Source: Camelus ferus (Eukaryota). Taken from it: 64,000 nt of DNA. Below are positions 11,831 through 25,430 of the stretch, piece by piece; positions within the stretch are counted from its first letter, which is position 1, and every line of letters starts with the position of its first letter. A model generated the notes under the pieces. The model worked only from the letters and a program-made list of their open reading frames with translations. It ran no database searches and had not been told where the DNA came from. The stretch lies in the NCBI RefSeq assembly GCF_009834535.1, contig NC_045697.1, positions 48,858,001 to 48,922,000 of the forward strand, written 5' to 3'. Made by a program: the position numbers and the translations under genes.

Positions 11831-14800
11831 CACAGCTGAGCACTGGCAACTTGGTGCCACGCAGCCTTGTTTAGAGGTTGCAAATTTATAAGGGGGAAAA
11901 AACTAGATGCTTTTTATGTTCTAGAAAAGTTTCAACCCTCCCTTCAAACTTCATTGCTTTAAAAACGGGGAGTTCTGCTCAATTTACTTTTTAAAGCTCT
12001 TAATGAACTGTTTCTTTAAGCTGCTTTAAAATAGTTAAAAAGAGACATTAGGTGGTTAATCAGAGTAAGATGCTTTAAGAATATAAATGCTTTTTAAGGG
12101 AATAGAATCTGTCAGGTGGTGGGAAGGTAGGTGGCAAAAAAGTGTGAAGGATGTGGGGAGGGGATAGTGATAATATCGAAGGAATTGTGTTCTTTCATAA
12201 ACTGTAACCCTGAGTTGGAAAAGGAACTGGTTTGCAAAATCCTTCTTTTTAATTCATAATATTAAAAGCATTCCGCCCAGAACCAGATACTTCTTTCAAG
12301 ATCACTAACTTGCAAATCCTTGGCGAGTTACAGTCTCACAACTCAATCTAGACGTGAAAAGGTCACAGAAACCTGAGACGGAGGTAGCACATGTGTGAGC
12401 ACCCATTCCATTCCATTCCAATAATGTCATCTCACCCTGTTATAAAAAGAACGATTCTGCTAACCCTCAGAAATGTGGGACGGTCTATTCATGGGCCCAA
12501 GGGTGGTGGTGAACTTAATTTCATCATCACTTGTGTTAGGAGGGAGGCAGCAGCTGTAAGGCAACAAGTAGTTTTATTTCCAGAGGCTGATGGAGAGCCT
12601 CGAGTAAGCTGGGGGCACAAAGCAGTGAAATGCACTTCTTCTCAACTCCCCAGGAAGTTCAAGGTCAGTGGGGAATCGGGGAATCGCCTCTCATTTAAGT
12701 TTTTCCTGGGTGAATTAAAACTCAGTTTATTTGGGTTTTCTTTTTTTTTTTTTTTTTCTGTTTTTTAAGAATCACAAATATTTCTGTTTAGTGAGAATAT
12801 GTCCATTTCTCCTTCTAAATGAAGGAGGCAGCCGGATGGAAAGCACTAGCTCACTGCTTGAAATGTCAAGAGGCTCCAAGACCTACTTCTCAGAGACCTC
12901 CTTTCTCACGTTGGCTCCATTAGCACGTGGCCTTGGGGGAGCCACTACACATCTCTGGATGCTGGTCCCTCATTTCTACCTCCAGGCAGAGCCATGGGCT
13001 GAAAGTGACAAGACTTAGATTCTCACTCTGGCCCCCACTAATTCTGATTATTCAATTCAGGACAGGAATCTGAGTTCCAACACAAGGCAAGTCAAAGAGC
13101 CTGGGAATACACATATTTTAGGCAAATGCTTATTCAGTGTTGCATTTTTTTGTTTTGTTTTGTTTTTTAATTAATTTAACCCTCCTCTCTCATCAATCTC
13201 ACTTTTCCCAATAAAATGTGATCTACTTTTACTTCTCCTTTTCCTTTTCACACACACACACATATTCATTCAATCAAATAAAAAATAAAAGTTCCCTTAC
13301 AACACATCAACTCATAGACAAATTGAATGGGAAGGAGAGAAGCTATATTAAATTTGCAGGGATGGTGGAAAGGTTCAAGAGTAAGATTTCATTTTAAAAA
13401 GGGGTTTTCCCACCCTCTGTTTAGTGTTCTGAATCAGACATGGTGCCTCCTGTACCCAGAAAGACCATTTCCCTATCCAGCCTTCCCATTCACCAGGACC
13501 TCCTATTGTATGCTATGTTCTAGAGATTAAGATGGGCTTCTTTCAAGAAGTAATTTACTCACAAATATGCAATTTATTTTCAGGACAGTTCATGCTTTAA
13601 TTACCACACTTTACATATTGAACGTACATCTTTCTCATTTAATCCTCACAACAATCCTTTGAGGCAAGAATCAAATAGATCAAATCACTTGCTTTCCAGG
13701 CAGGTCAAACCTGCCTCACCATCTCATGCATCCTTTCTCCTTGGAAGAATGAATCAGACTTTCAAATGGCTTCCATGAGCCTTGCAAAAAAACAAAAAAA
13801 AAAAATAATAATAATTACCATGAAATATACCCCAAAACTTTTCTTTGTCAAGCCAACCATTGATACCAAACTTAGGAGTAGGATAGTATTTGACAAAAAC
13901 AGCACCTTGATGCAGTAGGCTGAGAGGTTGGATTTGCCAGGAAAAATGGGGGTTGCAGGCATCCTTATGGGGATTACAGATCCATTGGTTACAGTGCCTT
14001 TCTGAGGATCTGATTCAGGACAGGAATCTGAGTCCCAACTCCTGGCAAAAACGTGAGGTTAGACGCATACACAGCAATTAATCTCAACAACCTGTTCTGA
14101 AGGAGAAATGTAGCCTCTGATTTTTAAAATTTAAATTGTAGGTTATCTCTGAACAGCAGTGCGTACTCTTTGGACTAAAAGCACCTTACATAACCATCAG
14201 GGATTTAAATTAAATCTGAAGACCTTTTCCTTTGTCTTTAGTTTCCATTCTAAAGGTTACTGGTTCTAGGACGCGCATTTTACACCTATCTAAATAAAGT
14301 CTCTGCTGATTTTAGAGAGGGTTCAGAGTATTTCAGAGTATTGACTCTTATTTGTGTACATGTCTGCTTTCCTAATATACATACTTTATACCTTTGCATT
14401 CACAAAGGTTTCTCCTCCAACTGGAAGATGTTTGTTTTTCTTTTTGAAGGTCTTTTCTTTGGCTTCCTTCTTATTTTATCATTTCCTCCCCGTTTATCCC
14501 CCACTAGCTGCAGACCTTCCCTCCCTGTGCACTCGGCAGCAGACACATTCTCTGTTCTTGCAGCACCCAAATCACCCCTCACTCCCTCCCCCCAGAGGAC
14601 TAAACTTTGCCTTCTTTGTGGGTCAGCAGACCTTCTAAGGTCACTGACCCACAACTCACTTGAGACTTTGCATTTCTCTTGTCACTGTAGCCTTTTAAGA
14701 AGGTGTTTTTACTTTTGATTGTTTTTGGTCACTGGGTAAGATACCCTCAAAACTTATGTAAACACCTCCACTCTGCTCCGCATTCTTGGCATATTTATGT

Positions 14801-16084
14801 TGGATGTGGAAGCTGCCGACATGAGGTGTCACCCTCACCCACCCAAAACCAGCTTTAAGAGAAAAAGAGGCAGGTACAGATGGAGTTCCTGGTATACACA
14901 TATTTACTACACAAATGATTTCTCCAGGGAACAGATCCCCCCAATTACGTTTCCTGGAATCCACCTCCATCTTTTTTAAAAGACAGAGATAATTTAGGGG
15001 AAAAAAAGGAAAGCTAGTAAATGAACTATCACAAGTCACCCTGTCAGAATCAAATGGAAGGAGATGAAATCTCTGGACATGACAAGTGCCAAGGTATAAA
15101 GGTAAGACTTCTCCGGAAAGTGACAGACAGCTCTATTAAATACAAAGTCAGATCAATCCAGAGTAAAAGGGCTTCTACCCAGTTCTGTGAAAGGTAAGGG
15201 AGGAATGTCAATCCATGTCCACCAAGGCATGTTCATGAATCCTCATTGCTAAGTATGTGTGAGAAGTAAAGACTGCCTCCTTGTCCTCAAACTCGGGGAG
15301 TTCAACTATAAAAATCAACACATAATCGATGAGATAAGACATATTCAAAAGGCATCTTAGAGACAAAATGTTTCCCACAGCAGCCGCATAGACAGCAAGG
15401 ACTCTTCAGTAACCTTATCGATCACATTAGCATCTCTAAAGAAAGAATGTGTCAATCACAAAGGGATTTGGTGTGGACGCAGAGAAGAAATGAGATTGGA
15501 GAGGAGCGCTTTGGCAGAAGGATTCCCTGCCGTCCAGAGGGGAAAGGGCCCCGATTCAGCAGTGCCAGTGTCTGGCCCGCTTGGCAGACACGTCTCTAAT
15601 GGAAAGATGGGCCATCTGGCCATCCGCGCGGATGCCTGCACACTCTGGAGCCTCAAACCACTCCTCACCCTGAGTCTGAGAGCACCATGCAGCCTCCTGA
15701 CCTAATTATGGTCAGACTTCCTATTTCATTTTCCTGTGGGGATAACATAGTATACTGAGTTTTCGTCCACGTGGGATACTTGTTTCACTTAGAGCTGTCT
15801 TTTCCAAAATGAGTTAATGCTTTGACATTGTGGTGTATAGCCTTCAATTTCCTGTGAGTTTAGATAATGTGAATTAACATTCCTAAATTCCATGAGATCC
15901 TGGGCACTGTTATGATCAGTTCTGCACCTGTAAGTCTGGGGACTAGCCCTTTAATAGTGGTAAATTCACCAACGGAATAAAGTTGGGGGACACTTCTCAA
16001 TAACCAGACATCCAGCATGTTTGGCAATATGGCAATATTCCATTTGTCACATGCCTTTCTAACCCAATCCAGGATAATTATGCT

Positions 16085-16270
16085 CAAATATTGCACATTT
16101 CCTATGTACTTATACTTTACACATTAAATCCTCATACTGCCCTTTTGAGGCAGGAATTATTATTTCCTATTATTATTTTATAAATGAGAAAAATTGAGGC
16201 TTAAAGGGGCCCAAAGTCACATAATTTGCAAGTGACAAGGCCAGTTTTCAACCCCAGGACTGTCTGTTTC
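16085..16270 (-). mobile_element. MIR SINE
   Basis: aatcctcata...gaggcagg...tttttataaatgagaaaaattgaggctt...cccaaagtcaca. Confidence 0.7.
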
Positions 16271-16699
16271 CTGTTCTGCTAGAAGAAGTAATTCAACTCT
16301 CATGTCACTATCAACTAGAAGGCATAACCAGAACCCAGCATGACTACTTTTCATGGCAGGAAACAGGACAGCCCTCTCCAGAGGTTAATCGATCACCAGA
16401 GTCCCAGCAAAACACATCGGGAGCGTAGATTCTGCTGTCAGTCCTCAACAGATAAATGCCAGTGTTCTCAGACTGGGCTTTGAGTTTCAATATCAAAGTG
16501 AGTCCACAACTCTCAGCACTTTTCTGGACACATGGAACAGGTCGAATGGTTCTCAGCCTTCCTACCCATCTGTGTGAGCAACTGGCCACCATGCTTGGGA
16601 TGACTTCTTGCTTTACTCAAATCTTGACTCACAAAGAATGGGCTTATGTCTAGAGTTGGCCAATAATAACATAAATAATAGCAGCAGCATCTGTGGTTA

Positions 16700-16910
16700 C
16701 CACGAGTTACCACTAGAATATTTCACTTAACCATTCTATTCACCTTGTAAAGTGGGTATTCTAATCCCCATTTTAAAATATGTAAACTGAGTACAACAAG
16801 GCTAAGTAACTTGCCCAAGATCACACAGCTGGAAGATGGCAGCCCTAGAATTTGAACCCAGGTCTGATCTGACTCTGGTGCCTATGCTTTGAGCCACTCT
16901 GCTTCACTGG
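16700..16910 (-). mobile_element. MIR SINE
   Basis: atccccattttaaaatatgtaaactgag...aagtaacttgcccaagatcacacagct...tttgaacccaggtctg. Confidence 0.8.
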
Positions 16911-17700
16911 CCACCAGAGAAGCAAGGTCTGGTTAGATGGCCCTGAAGGGAAACCAGACACAGTCCAGCACACTGAGGAGAGTCACTAGAGCCTGGGGAC
17001 ATGGTGGGACCACACCCATGGCTGTTTTTATGCTTGGGAGGAGGGGTAGTTCCCCTGAGCAAGGGCTCACTCAGTAGACTTTGAGGAATGAATGAATGCA
17101 GAAGTGAATGGTCCCCTAAGAGACTGTCTGAGGCATGATGAGAAGACTAGCTTGTTTTTCACATCTTGCAAATGGAGTGGCTTGATTAAAGACTCTTAAA
17201 GTTTCAGCCAACTAGAACATTCTCAAATATGATAACATGTAGTTGCCATGGGAGGCAGCCCAAACCTGATTAATGAAGAACTATCCCAATAAGCAAAATG
17301 TGTAGGCCCAACACTTAGTAGGTCAACACAGTAACACTCCAGTGGCTGGTGAAGGAACCAGGGGCATCTAGATGAACTCTTTTCTGGCTCTTCCACTTAC
17401 CAGCCCTGCTACCTTCAGCAACTCACTTAACCTCTCGCCTATAAAATGGAGTTAGAGATAGCTGTCTCACCAGATTCTTGTTAGTGCTTATGAACTAACA
17501 CACATAAAACATCTCCAGCAATGCTTGGTTTGTGTGATTTTAAAAAAAAAATTTAATTCCCTCCCTCCTTTCATAAGAAATTCCCTTCGCCATGAGCTGT
17601 TTTCCCAGGACTAGGCAACTTCTTACTTTAAGGCATTAAAACGCATCACAATCCAAACCTTTCCCCGCAGAGGAACCACCACTATCACAACAAGAAAGAC

Positions 17701-17727
17701 AAAACAAAACAAAACAAAACAAAACAA
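17701..17727. repeat. (AAAAC)n microsatellite
   Basis: About five AAAAC units seen directly. Confidence 0.9.
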
Positions 17728-18118
17728 AGAAGGAATTCACTTGTTCTGATGATCCCCCTGGGGGAGGTGAGGCTAGTGGAATGCCATCTAACCTCCAAGC
17801 CCATCGCTTTTTCCAGTCCCACAAGGAGAGGACACTTCACGGAGCTCTGACCTCATCGGGATCAGGGCCACTTTACATCAGTCCCGGAAATGTAGGAAGT
17901 ACAGTGAGAGGGGAATCCCGTCAGCCCAATACCTGCTGGGGAAGCCAGTGTTTCACCAGACAGTCATGTCTGAAATGTCTTCACATGGCACAAGAAGGGC
18001 AAGGAAAAAAGGAAAATTGAGGGATAGGGGGCAGCAGAAGGATCACCACGGCGAGGTTTAAAGAACACGCTCTTTCCAGGAGCGGATGGGGAGGAACCTG
18101 GGCGCACGCCCCGCCTAC

Positions 18119-18273
18119 CTGCGCACCACCAGCCTCAGGGTCTTGTAGGATCCTTTCACCAGGGAAACGGCCTCCCTTCTGGAGCTGCTCAGCGCCACCT
18201 CGTTGATGTGCACCACCTCATCCCCGGCCCGAAGTTTGGAGCTCACCAGGTCCGCTTTGCCCCCTTCTTCGAT
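18119..18273 (-). CDS. SHROOM3: SHROOM3 internal coding exon (exon 2), C-terminal half of the PDZ domain
   Basis: Translates [51 protein letters not shown](R), closely matching recalled human SHROOM3 [52 protein letters not shown]. Acceptor tctcgtctttctgagcag|ATC and donor CGCAG|gtaggc; 155 bp, phase 0 start, phase 2 end. Confidence 0.95.
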
Positions 18274-18643
18274 CTGCTCAGAAAGACGAGACAGCCACAG
18301 GGTGAGTCCCCGGAGCCCTGCCTGGGATCCCGCGGAGCCGGCCCAACAGGCTGCGGCCACACCCCACTCCCACGATAAACTCCCAGAAGGCAGGGGCCGC
18401 CTCCTGTTTCCGTAGCCTCGGGCATCCAGCCCCTAGCCTGCCCACAGAGGGCGCTCGGAAACACTAGCCCAAGGGATGAAGGAACTCGGTTTCCATCGGA
18501 AAGCCACTCAGGATCCCCTGCGTGCTCACCACCACCACCCCTTTAATCGTCAACTCCCAAAGTCCTTCAAAGCAACAATTTTATTCTTTTAGAAGTTGCG
18601 TTCTTCTTACCTCCTTGTTTTTGGTCTAAAATTATAACTCATT

Positions 18644-19191
18644 GGGTAAATAAACTGTGGTACATCCAGACAATGGAATATTATTCAGCACTAAAAGGAA
18701 ATGAACTAACAAGCCATGAAAAGGCATGGAAGACCTTTAAATTAAATGTGTGTTATGAAGTGAAAGAGGCCAATCTGGAAAGGTTACATACTATATGAAT
18801 CTAACTCTGTGGTATTCTGGAAGAGACAAAATTATGGAAACAACAGAAAGGTCAGTGGTTGCCAGGGTTAGGCAGGAGGGATGAATAGGCACAGCAGAGA
18901 GGCTGTTTAGGACAGTGAAACTGCTCTGTATGATACTACAAGGTTGGATACATGACATTATTCCATGGAGTGTCCAACACCAAGAGTAAACCCTAAGGTC
19001 AACTATGAACTTTGGGTGATGATGTGTCGGTGTAGGTTCATCAGTTGTAACAAAGGTACCACTCGGGTGGGGATGTTGACAATTAGAGAGGCTTTGCAAG
19101 GGAGTGAGGAGCAGGGGATATATGGAAACTCTCCACTTTCTGCTCAGTTTTGCTGAGAACTTAAAGCTGCTTTAAAAAATAAAGTCTATTA
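18644..19191 (+). mobile_element. Ancient L1 3' end (L1MC-like) with decayed TSD
   Basis: aaactgtggtacatccagacaatggaatattattcagc...caccaagagtaaaccctaagg...aataaagtc. Flanks aaaattataactcatt and aaaattgtaattcatt (2 mismatches). Confidence 0.85.
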
Positions 19192-19200
19192 AAAATTGTA

Positions 19201-19400
19201 ATTCATTCAATAAACTGACTCAACACTTGTTTTATGCTGGAAATTGTTCTAGGTGCTAAGGCTGTAACAGTCAACAAAACAGACAGAAATCCTTGCTCTT
19301 CTGGTGCTGAGTGGGGAGGCAGGAAACAAACACTAAACGTGATAAACAAGTAACTGATATATTATGTGAGAAGTTGATGAAATGCTTTGGAAACCAACAG
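19201..19400 (-). mobile_element. L2 3' end
   Basis: attcattcaataaa...gttctaggtgctaagg...aacaaaacagacagaaatccttgctct. Confidence 0.7.
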
Positions 19401-19832
19401 AGCAAAATAATGCTCTATCCAGTGCTGTATGCCAGTGGATGCCTGCGGCATGACAATGATGATGAAGGGGAATAAAAAGGGAAAAAAATAAAACAAAAAC
19501 AAAAAACAAGTAAACAGAGCCTAACCCATATCTTCTCTTTTTTCAATAATTACTCTCCAGAATTATACACATGTCCAATAACCTTCAATAGATCTAAATA
19601 TATATAAAATGAACCAAATTCCTATAATAAATTTATAAATTTTGTCCTTACCAGCTTTTAATTTTATTTTTAATTATTGAAATAGTATATGCTAAAATCC
19701 ATTAATTATAAAGGATGAAAAAAATAAAGAAAGTGTATAAAGGGAAAGGGAAAAGTGAGTCTTACCCCTGCTCCCTCCATGTTACTCTCTAAAGTAACCA
19801 TTGTTTACAGTTTAGATTATGAAATTGATACA

Positions 19833-20338
19833 CAGATGGTCCCTGATCTACCAGGGTTCAACTTAACAATTTTTCAACTTTACAGTGCTGTGAAAGTGAT
19901 ACTCATTCAGTAGAAACTGTACTTTGAATTTTGAATTTGGATCTTTTCCCGGGCAAGTGATATGCAGAACGATACTCTGTCATGATGCTGGGCAGTGGCA
20001 GCAGTGGGTAGCTCCCGGTCAGCCACATGATCACCAGAATTAATGACTGATAACTTTATAACCATTCTGGACCCACACAACCATCCTGTTTTCACTTTCA
20101 GTACAGTATTCAGTAAGTTACATGAGATATTCAACGCTATTATAAAATAGGCTTTGTGTTAGACGATTCTGTCCAACTGTAGGCTAAGGTCAGTGTTCTG
20201 AGCACGTTTAAGGTAGGCTAGGCTAAGCAATGATGTTCGGCTGGTTAGATGTACTAAATGCATTTTCAACTTATGATATTGTCAACTTCCAATGGGTTTA
20301 TTGGGATGTAACCCCATCGTTAAGTCAAGGAAGACCTG
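19833..20338 (-). mobile_element. Tigger5/MER47-family TcMar DNA transposon, both ends present
   Basis: Terminal inverted repeats cagatggtccctgatcta and taagtcaaggaagacctg followed by TA; internal tgagcacgtttaaggtaggctaggctaagc typical of MER47. Confidence 0.85.
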
Positions 20339-20424
20339 TATATATGTTTTCTTTTTACAAAAATGAGATCACACTATATACACCTCCTCAACCATCTTTT
20401 GGCATGTAACAAAGAGGCATTAAA

Positions 20425-20640
20425 GTGAGGTGACCAAGAGTTTGAGGAGTCAAACAGATAAACTAAGTAAGAGGAAGTCACTTACTCTCTCTAGGCTTCA
20501 GATTTCTCCTCCATGAAACAGGGCTAATAATGGCACCTGCCTCACAGTGCTGCAGTGAGAATTAATGAGATAAGCCACATGAATTGGTAAACAGGGTTCC
20601 TGACTTAAGGCAAGATTTCAAAAGTGGTAGCTATTGTTTT
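20425..20640 (+). mobile_element. MIR SINE
   Basis: aagtcacttactctctctaggcttcagatttctc...aataatggcacctgcctcacag...gagaattaatgagataa. Confidence 0.7.
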
Positions 20641-22694
20641 GAAAAATCATATATCATGAAGTTACTTTCACTCATACCTAACTCTACTATAACATCTTGG
20701 TATGAATAAAACATGGTGTTTCATTCATTCATTGAGCCATTCCCTATTGTTGGTCATTTTCTCCTGCCTTTATACCCTTTTCATCCACCTCAACTTCCCT
20801 ACCAGCCTTCTGTAAATTCACTTTTTCCCAAACACAGAATAAAATGAGACCTAGGAAATTACCAGTTTCTTTTATAAAAAAGGGAAGTCAAGAAAAGCTC
20901 ATTTGTATAGTTTATATCATGTTCTTCTCGTGACTGATTTAATGTGAAAGCAAACATTAGGAGGAAGCATGTTATAAAGAGCTTCATTGTTCTGATAAAC
21001 TATTTCTATAAACCTTTCCTTGTATTTACAGAGTCTCTCATAATCTCTTCACTTTGAACAGAACTTTTAGGCTTAAAATTCTTACTTTAAAGAATTAATT
21101 AATTAATTATTCATTAATGTAATTATTAATGTAATTATTTATAAAACAGAAAAAAAGTGGGGGCTGGGCTGATTTTGTGAAATAGTTTTTATTTATCAAC
21201 CATTAGTTGGGCACCTGCTCTGTTTTGATTCTCAAATATTTCCAAACTCTCTCATATTGATTCATGCTCTTCTTAGGGTTTTAATGCTTACCAGAGATGA
21301 CTTTTCAACCTTCCCTCTAACACTCGTCTTTTGCATAAGCCCTTATCCTATATTTTCAGTTTCTGTTTTCCACTTCCTCCTTTTTCCTCCAAATACCTCT
21401 CCTCCATCATGAAACTTCTATCAGCCCAGATAGAATCTCTCTCTTTCCCCTCTAAATGATTTCTGCCTGTCTGGAGACAAGCCACAGCACTACCTTTGTC
21501 ATGGGTATTCCTGACCATGCCCTATCCCCTCATCTTGGTTTTAAATCCCTCGAGGTCAGAAACTCTCTTGTCCAAAATATCTTCTGAGCATCTACCATGT
21601 GTCAGGCACTGTTCTAGGCCTGGGGAAATGCCAAGGAAGAAAACAAACTCTATGCTCTCCTTTTTGGAGTTTACATTCTAGAATATTTTTAATATATTTC
21701 CTATCTTTGTACTAAAAAACTTGCCCATTCACAGAAGCAGTCCAGAGAGCCTACAGTGATCAAAACAAGCCTGAGTACTTTCTGTTCTTAGGGTGCTTAA
21801 ATTCATCCACATATAAAACTCTCCCTGGGAGGTCAGGCAATTTCTAATGAATCAAAGGAGTCCTGGGAGACCACTTGGTGCTAGGATTCATCCAGGGGTT
21901 CTACTCACAAAGGTCGAGTCCCAGTAAACCCAAGTGAGGCTTGAATTGAGCCACTGGGCACGAAGTGTAGACCCCTCATCTAAGTCCTTTCAGCCAACCA
22001 GATTATGGGCTGCTGTATCAGCTTGTGGATTACTTGGGACCCCCACATTCCCCTCCTCCTCTGCTGCTGCTGGCCCTTTGGTCACCTTCCTATTTGGTAG
22101 CATCAGTGTCAGTGGGTCACTCAGGTAGTAACCTTGGTCACCAAGAAAGTTGAAGCTATTAGCTAAAACAAGGCAGTGAATTACCTTAATCTATATTGCT
22201 GTTTGCATTTATTATCACAAATGATGAATTGAGATATTGAGATGATTTGTCTGATGCACTAGTAACAACATAATTGATTTCAATCTACTGAGGCTAACTA
22301 GATGCATAAATCTTAAGTTTACAACGATTATTTGCACTGTTTCTCTAAAATTGTTATTATGACTTTAAAAAAAAAAGTATGTTTACCAAAGGTTTAACAG
22401 TAATTCTCTTGAACTATTCATCAAGAGGATTACACTTCTTCTAACCCCACACTCTGCTGATACTGTCGGTCAACAGGACTCAGTGAAAACTGACGTTTAT
22501 TATTTTAAACCTTTGGACCAATACTTGAGTAGCTAAAGAGGTCACTGGCATTGTTTGTCCAATTTCACCTGCATATTTCAAGAACGTGATTGTCAGCAGG
22601 TTAAATGACTTCAGATAATGTACCGTGTACAGTTGGGTGGGAAATCTCTAAGCTAACAAACTAGGGAGCAGGTGATTATACTCCCTCCCTTCCC

Positions 22695-22818
22695 TTTTTT
22701 TTTTTTGGTGGAGGGAGGTAATTAGGTTTTATTTATTTTTAGAGGAGGTGCTGGGGATTGAACCCAGGACCTCGTGCATGCTAAGCATGTGCTCTACTGC
22801 TTGAGCTATACCCTTCCC
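22695..22818 (-). mobile_element. tRNA-derived SINE (Vic-1-like), well preserved
   Basis: ggaggtgctggggattgaacccaggacctcgtgcatgctaagcatgtgctctactgcttgagctatacccttccc. Confidence 0.92.
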
Positions 22819-23369
22819 TGATTCCCCTTCTCAAATCTTAAATGTATCCACATCTACAGGATTAAAGTGATTTTGCTCTGATGACCATGTGAAGGGTTGG
22901 TTTTTGCATCGTTTATAGTCTTTTACATTGCAATTCATTTAACACCTAATGGTGTACCTACACATAATAAATGATCAAAAAACATTTATTGAGCAAATCT
23001 AGGGAAGCTGACTCTAAAGAAATACAGTACTGGGTGATACATGTTCTGATAGAAATATATTCAAAATATTGATAAAATATAGGTAAAGGGGAGGGTTGGA
23101 TGCCCATGTCAGAAGCTGGATGTGGTGTGTGGAGGGGCAAGAAGTCAGGCCCGTCTCCTGCCCTCTCGCTTAACCCTTGCAGCCCAATCAACATGAGGGA
23201 GTGTGAAGCTGCCATTTTGCGATGAGTCCTGTGTTCTGCTTCTCTAGGCTTTGTATCCTTCAAACCCCAATGCCTCAACTCTGCCTCTCCAGCCCTGTTC
23301 TCTGTCTTACTTCATCATAACAGCCTTCCCTCAGCATCACCTCAATCAGAAGCACGTCATTGGCAGCAA

Positions 23370-23978
23370 CCTAGGGATCCTGTTACAACTCCGCTCCTCC
23401 ACATGTCCCTCCTCCCCACACTCAGAGCAGAAACCAAAGTCCTCTCTATGCACCAAGGACCCGGCTGGATTGGGCCTCCTCACCTTTCCATTGGCTTCTA
23501 CTCTCCTCCTTGCTTACTCAGCCCCAGCGCTGCACCCACCCCTGCCCCCGGCCCCTGGCCTCCGGCTGCAGGTGGAGGATGCCAGGTGCGCTCTCGCCTC
23601 AGGCAGGCCCCATTACCTGCTGTTCCCTGAGTCTGGAATGCCTTTCCCTCAGGTAATCATTTGCCCTTCTCCCTCACCTCCTCCAGGTCTTTACACAAAT
23701 CCGGCTTCTCCAGGAGTCCTTTCCTGACCACCTGTCTAGAATTTCAACCTCTTCTCTTTGCTCTCATCTTAAATTTTTTTCTTTAGCATTTCAGTTGTCA
23801 TCTAACTCACTATATTTTTACTTACGTGTCTTATAGTTTATTACCTATGTCCCTACTAGAATGTCAGTCCCGTGGGGGCAGGGACTTGGATCTGTTTTGT
23901 TCACTGTTGTGTCCTCAGTGCCCAGGACAGCATGGGGCCCCCAGAGCTGCTCAATATTTATTGTATGAGCGAACGAAT
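23370..23978 (+). mobile_element. L2 3' region
   Basis: gctgttccctgagtctggaatgcc...ctagaatgtcag...ggcagggactt...gctcaatatttattgtatgagcgaacgaat. Confidence 0.8.
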
Positions 23979-24894
23979 CCTTATCATCATTGCTGTCACT
24001 TGCTGAGTTCCCTGTGTGTTTCAGTAACTCTACTGCATCATCTGAGAAGTCACAGACTCTGTAAGATATTATAATCTCCTTTTTCTGTAAATGTGAACCA
24101 TAATGGTTCATAAAGGTCACATGACCTGCTCAAGGTTGCAGAGTCAGTAAAACAATGCAGCTAGGGCTGGAATTCAAAGTCCATGCTCTCCAGTCTGCTG
24201 CCTTGAGAATTCCCCAGGCCTTTGCTCCCAAACGAACACTTCTTCATTTGTCTGCCTGATCCTTCAAGTGCTCAAGAACCTGACATCTGACACTCCTGTG
24301 TTCTGAACCTTCTCTTTCAGGGGCCCTAAGAACTCTGGAGCTATTTTATGGGCTCACAGGTTCAATGGAATTCACAGCTTACACATGAAAAAGACTTGGC
24401 ATTGCAGGGCCACTGGGGCAGGGAGATGGCCTGGCCAAGTAAAACTGGACATGTAATGGTTTCCATTCACAACTCTGTCTGAAGTTTTAATTAAAAACAA
24501 ACTCATCCTATAGACATCTACCACAATTGAATTTCACCTACATTCTATGTCTGAATTCTTGAGTGATCTCTTTTCATTTCCTGACTATGTTCATTCCTGG
24601 CTGATGCCAAGGGAGGAGTATGGGGAGGAAAGGGTAATTCAAGGGCTCACAGTCAATCCAACAACACATACAATTTATTTGCTGTTTTGTGCAGTTGGTG
24701 ATTTGAGGAGAAATATACTCTTTATGAGTGTAAAAATTATATTGAAGGAATAAGAAAATACAGAAAGATTTAAAAAATAAATAGATAAAGAAATACATTA
24801 AGAATCTTTCGACCAAAGCTGTTGGAGTGCTGCTTTTTATTCACTTGGAATTGTCACTACAGCCTAGTGGGCATTCTTGGTTTTAAACTGTGTA

Positions 24895-25430
24895 TAGCAA
24901 CCTAAATGTCCATCAACAGTTGAATGGGTAAAGAAGATGTGGTATATATATACAATGGAATACTACTGAGCCATAAAAAGAATAAAATAATGCCATTTGC
25001 AGCTACATGGATGGACCCAGGGATTGTCATACTAACAGCAGTAAGTCAGAGAAAGAGAAATATCATATGATATTACTTACATGTGGAATCTAAAAAAAAT
25101 AAATAACACAAATGAACTTATTTACAAAACAGAAATAGACTCACAGACATAGAAAACAAACTTATGTTTACCAGAGGGGAAGAAGGGGTGGAGAGTGATA
25201 AATTGGGAGTTTGGGATTTGTAGATACTAACTACTGTATATAAGATAGATAAACAACAGGACCTACTGTATAGCACAGGGGATGATATTCAATACCTTAT
25301 AATAGCCTATAATGAAAAAGAATATGAAAAGGAATATATATGTGTACGTATAAATGAATCACTATGCTATGCACCAGAAACTAACACAACATTGTAAACT
25401 ATACTTCAATTTAAAAAACCAAATAAAGAA
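24895..25430 (+). mobile_element. 5'-truncated L1 3' end
   Basis: gcaacctaaatgtccatcaacag...acaatggaatactact...atgtggaatctaa...ctatacttcaatttaaaaaa. Confidence 0.92.

Noticed and set aside
18274..18360. N-terminal part of the 81-aa ORF ([13 protein letters not shown]...)
   Set aside because: Lies upstream of the splice acceptor and shows no SHROOM3 similarity; it is intronic open frame.
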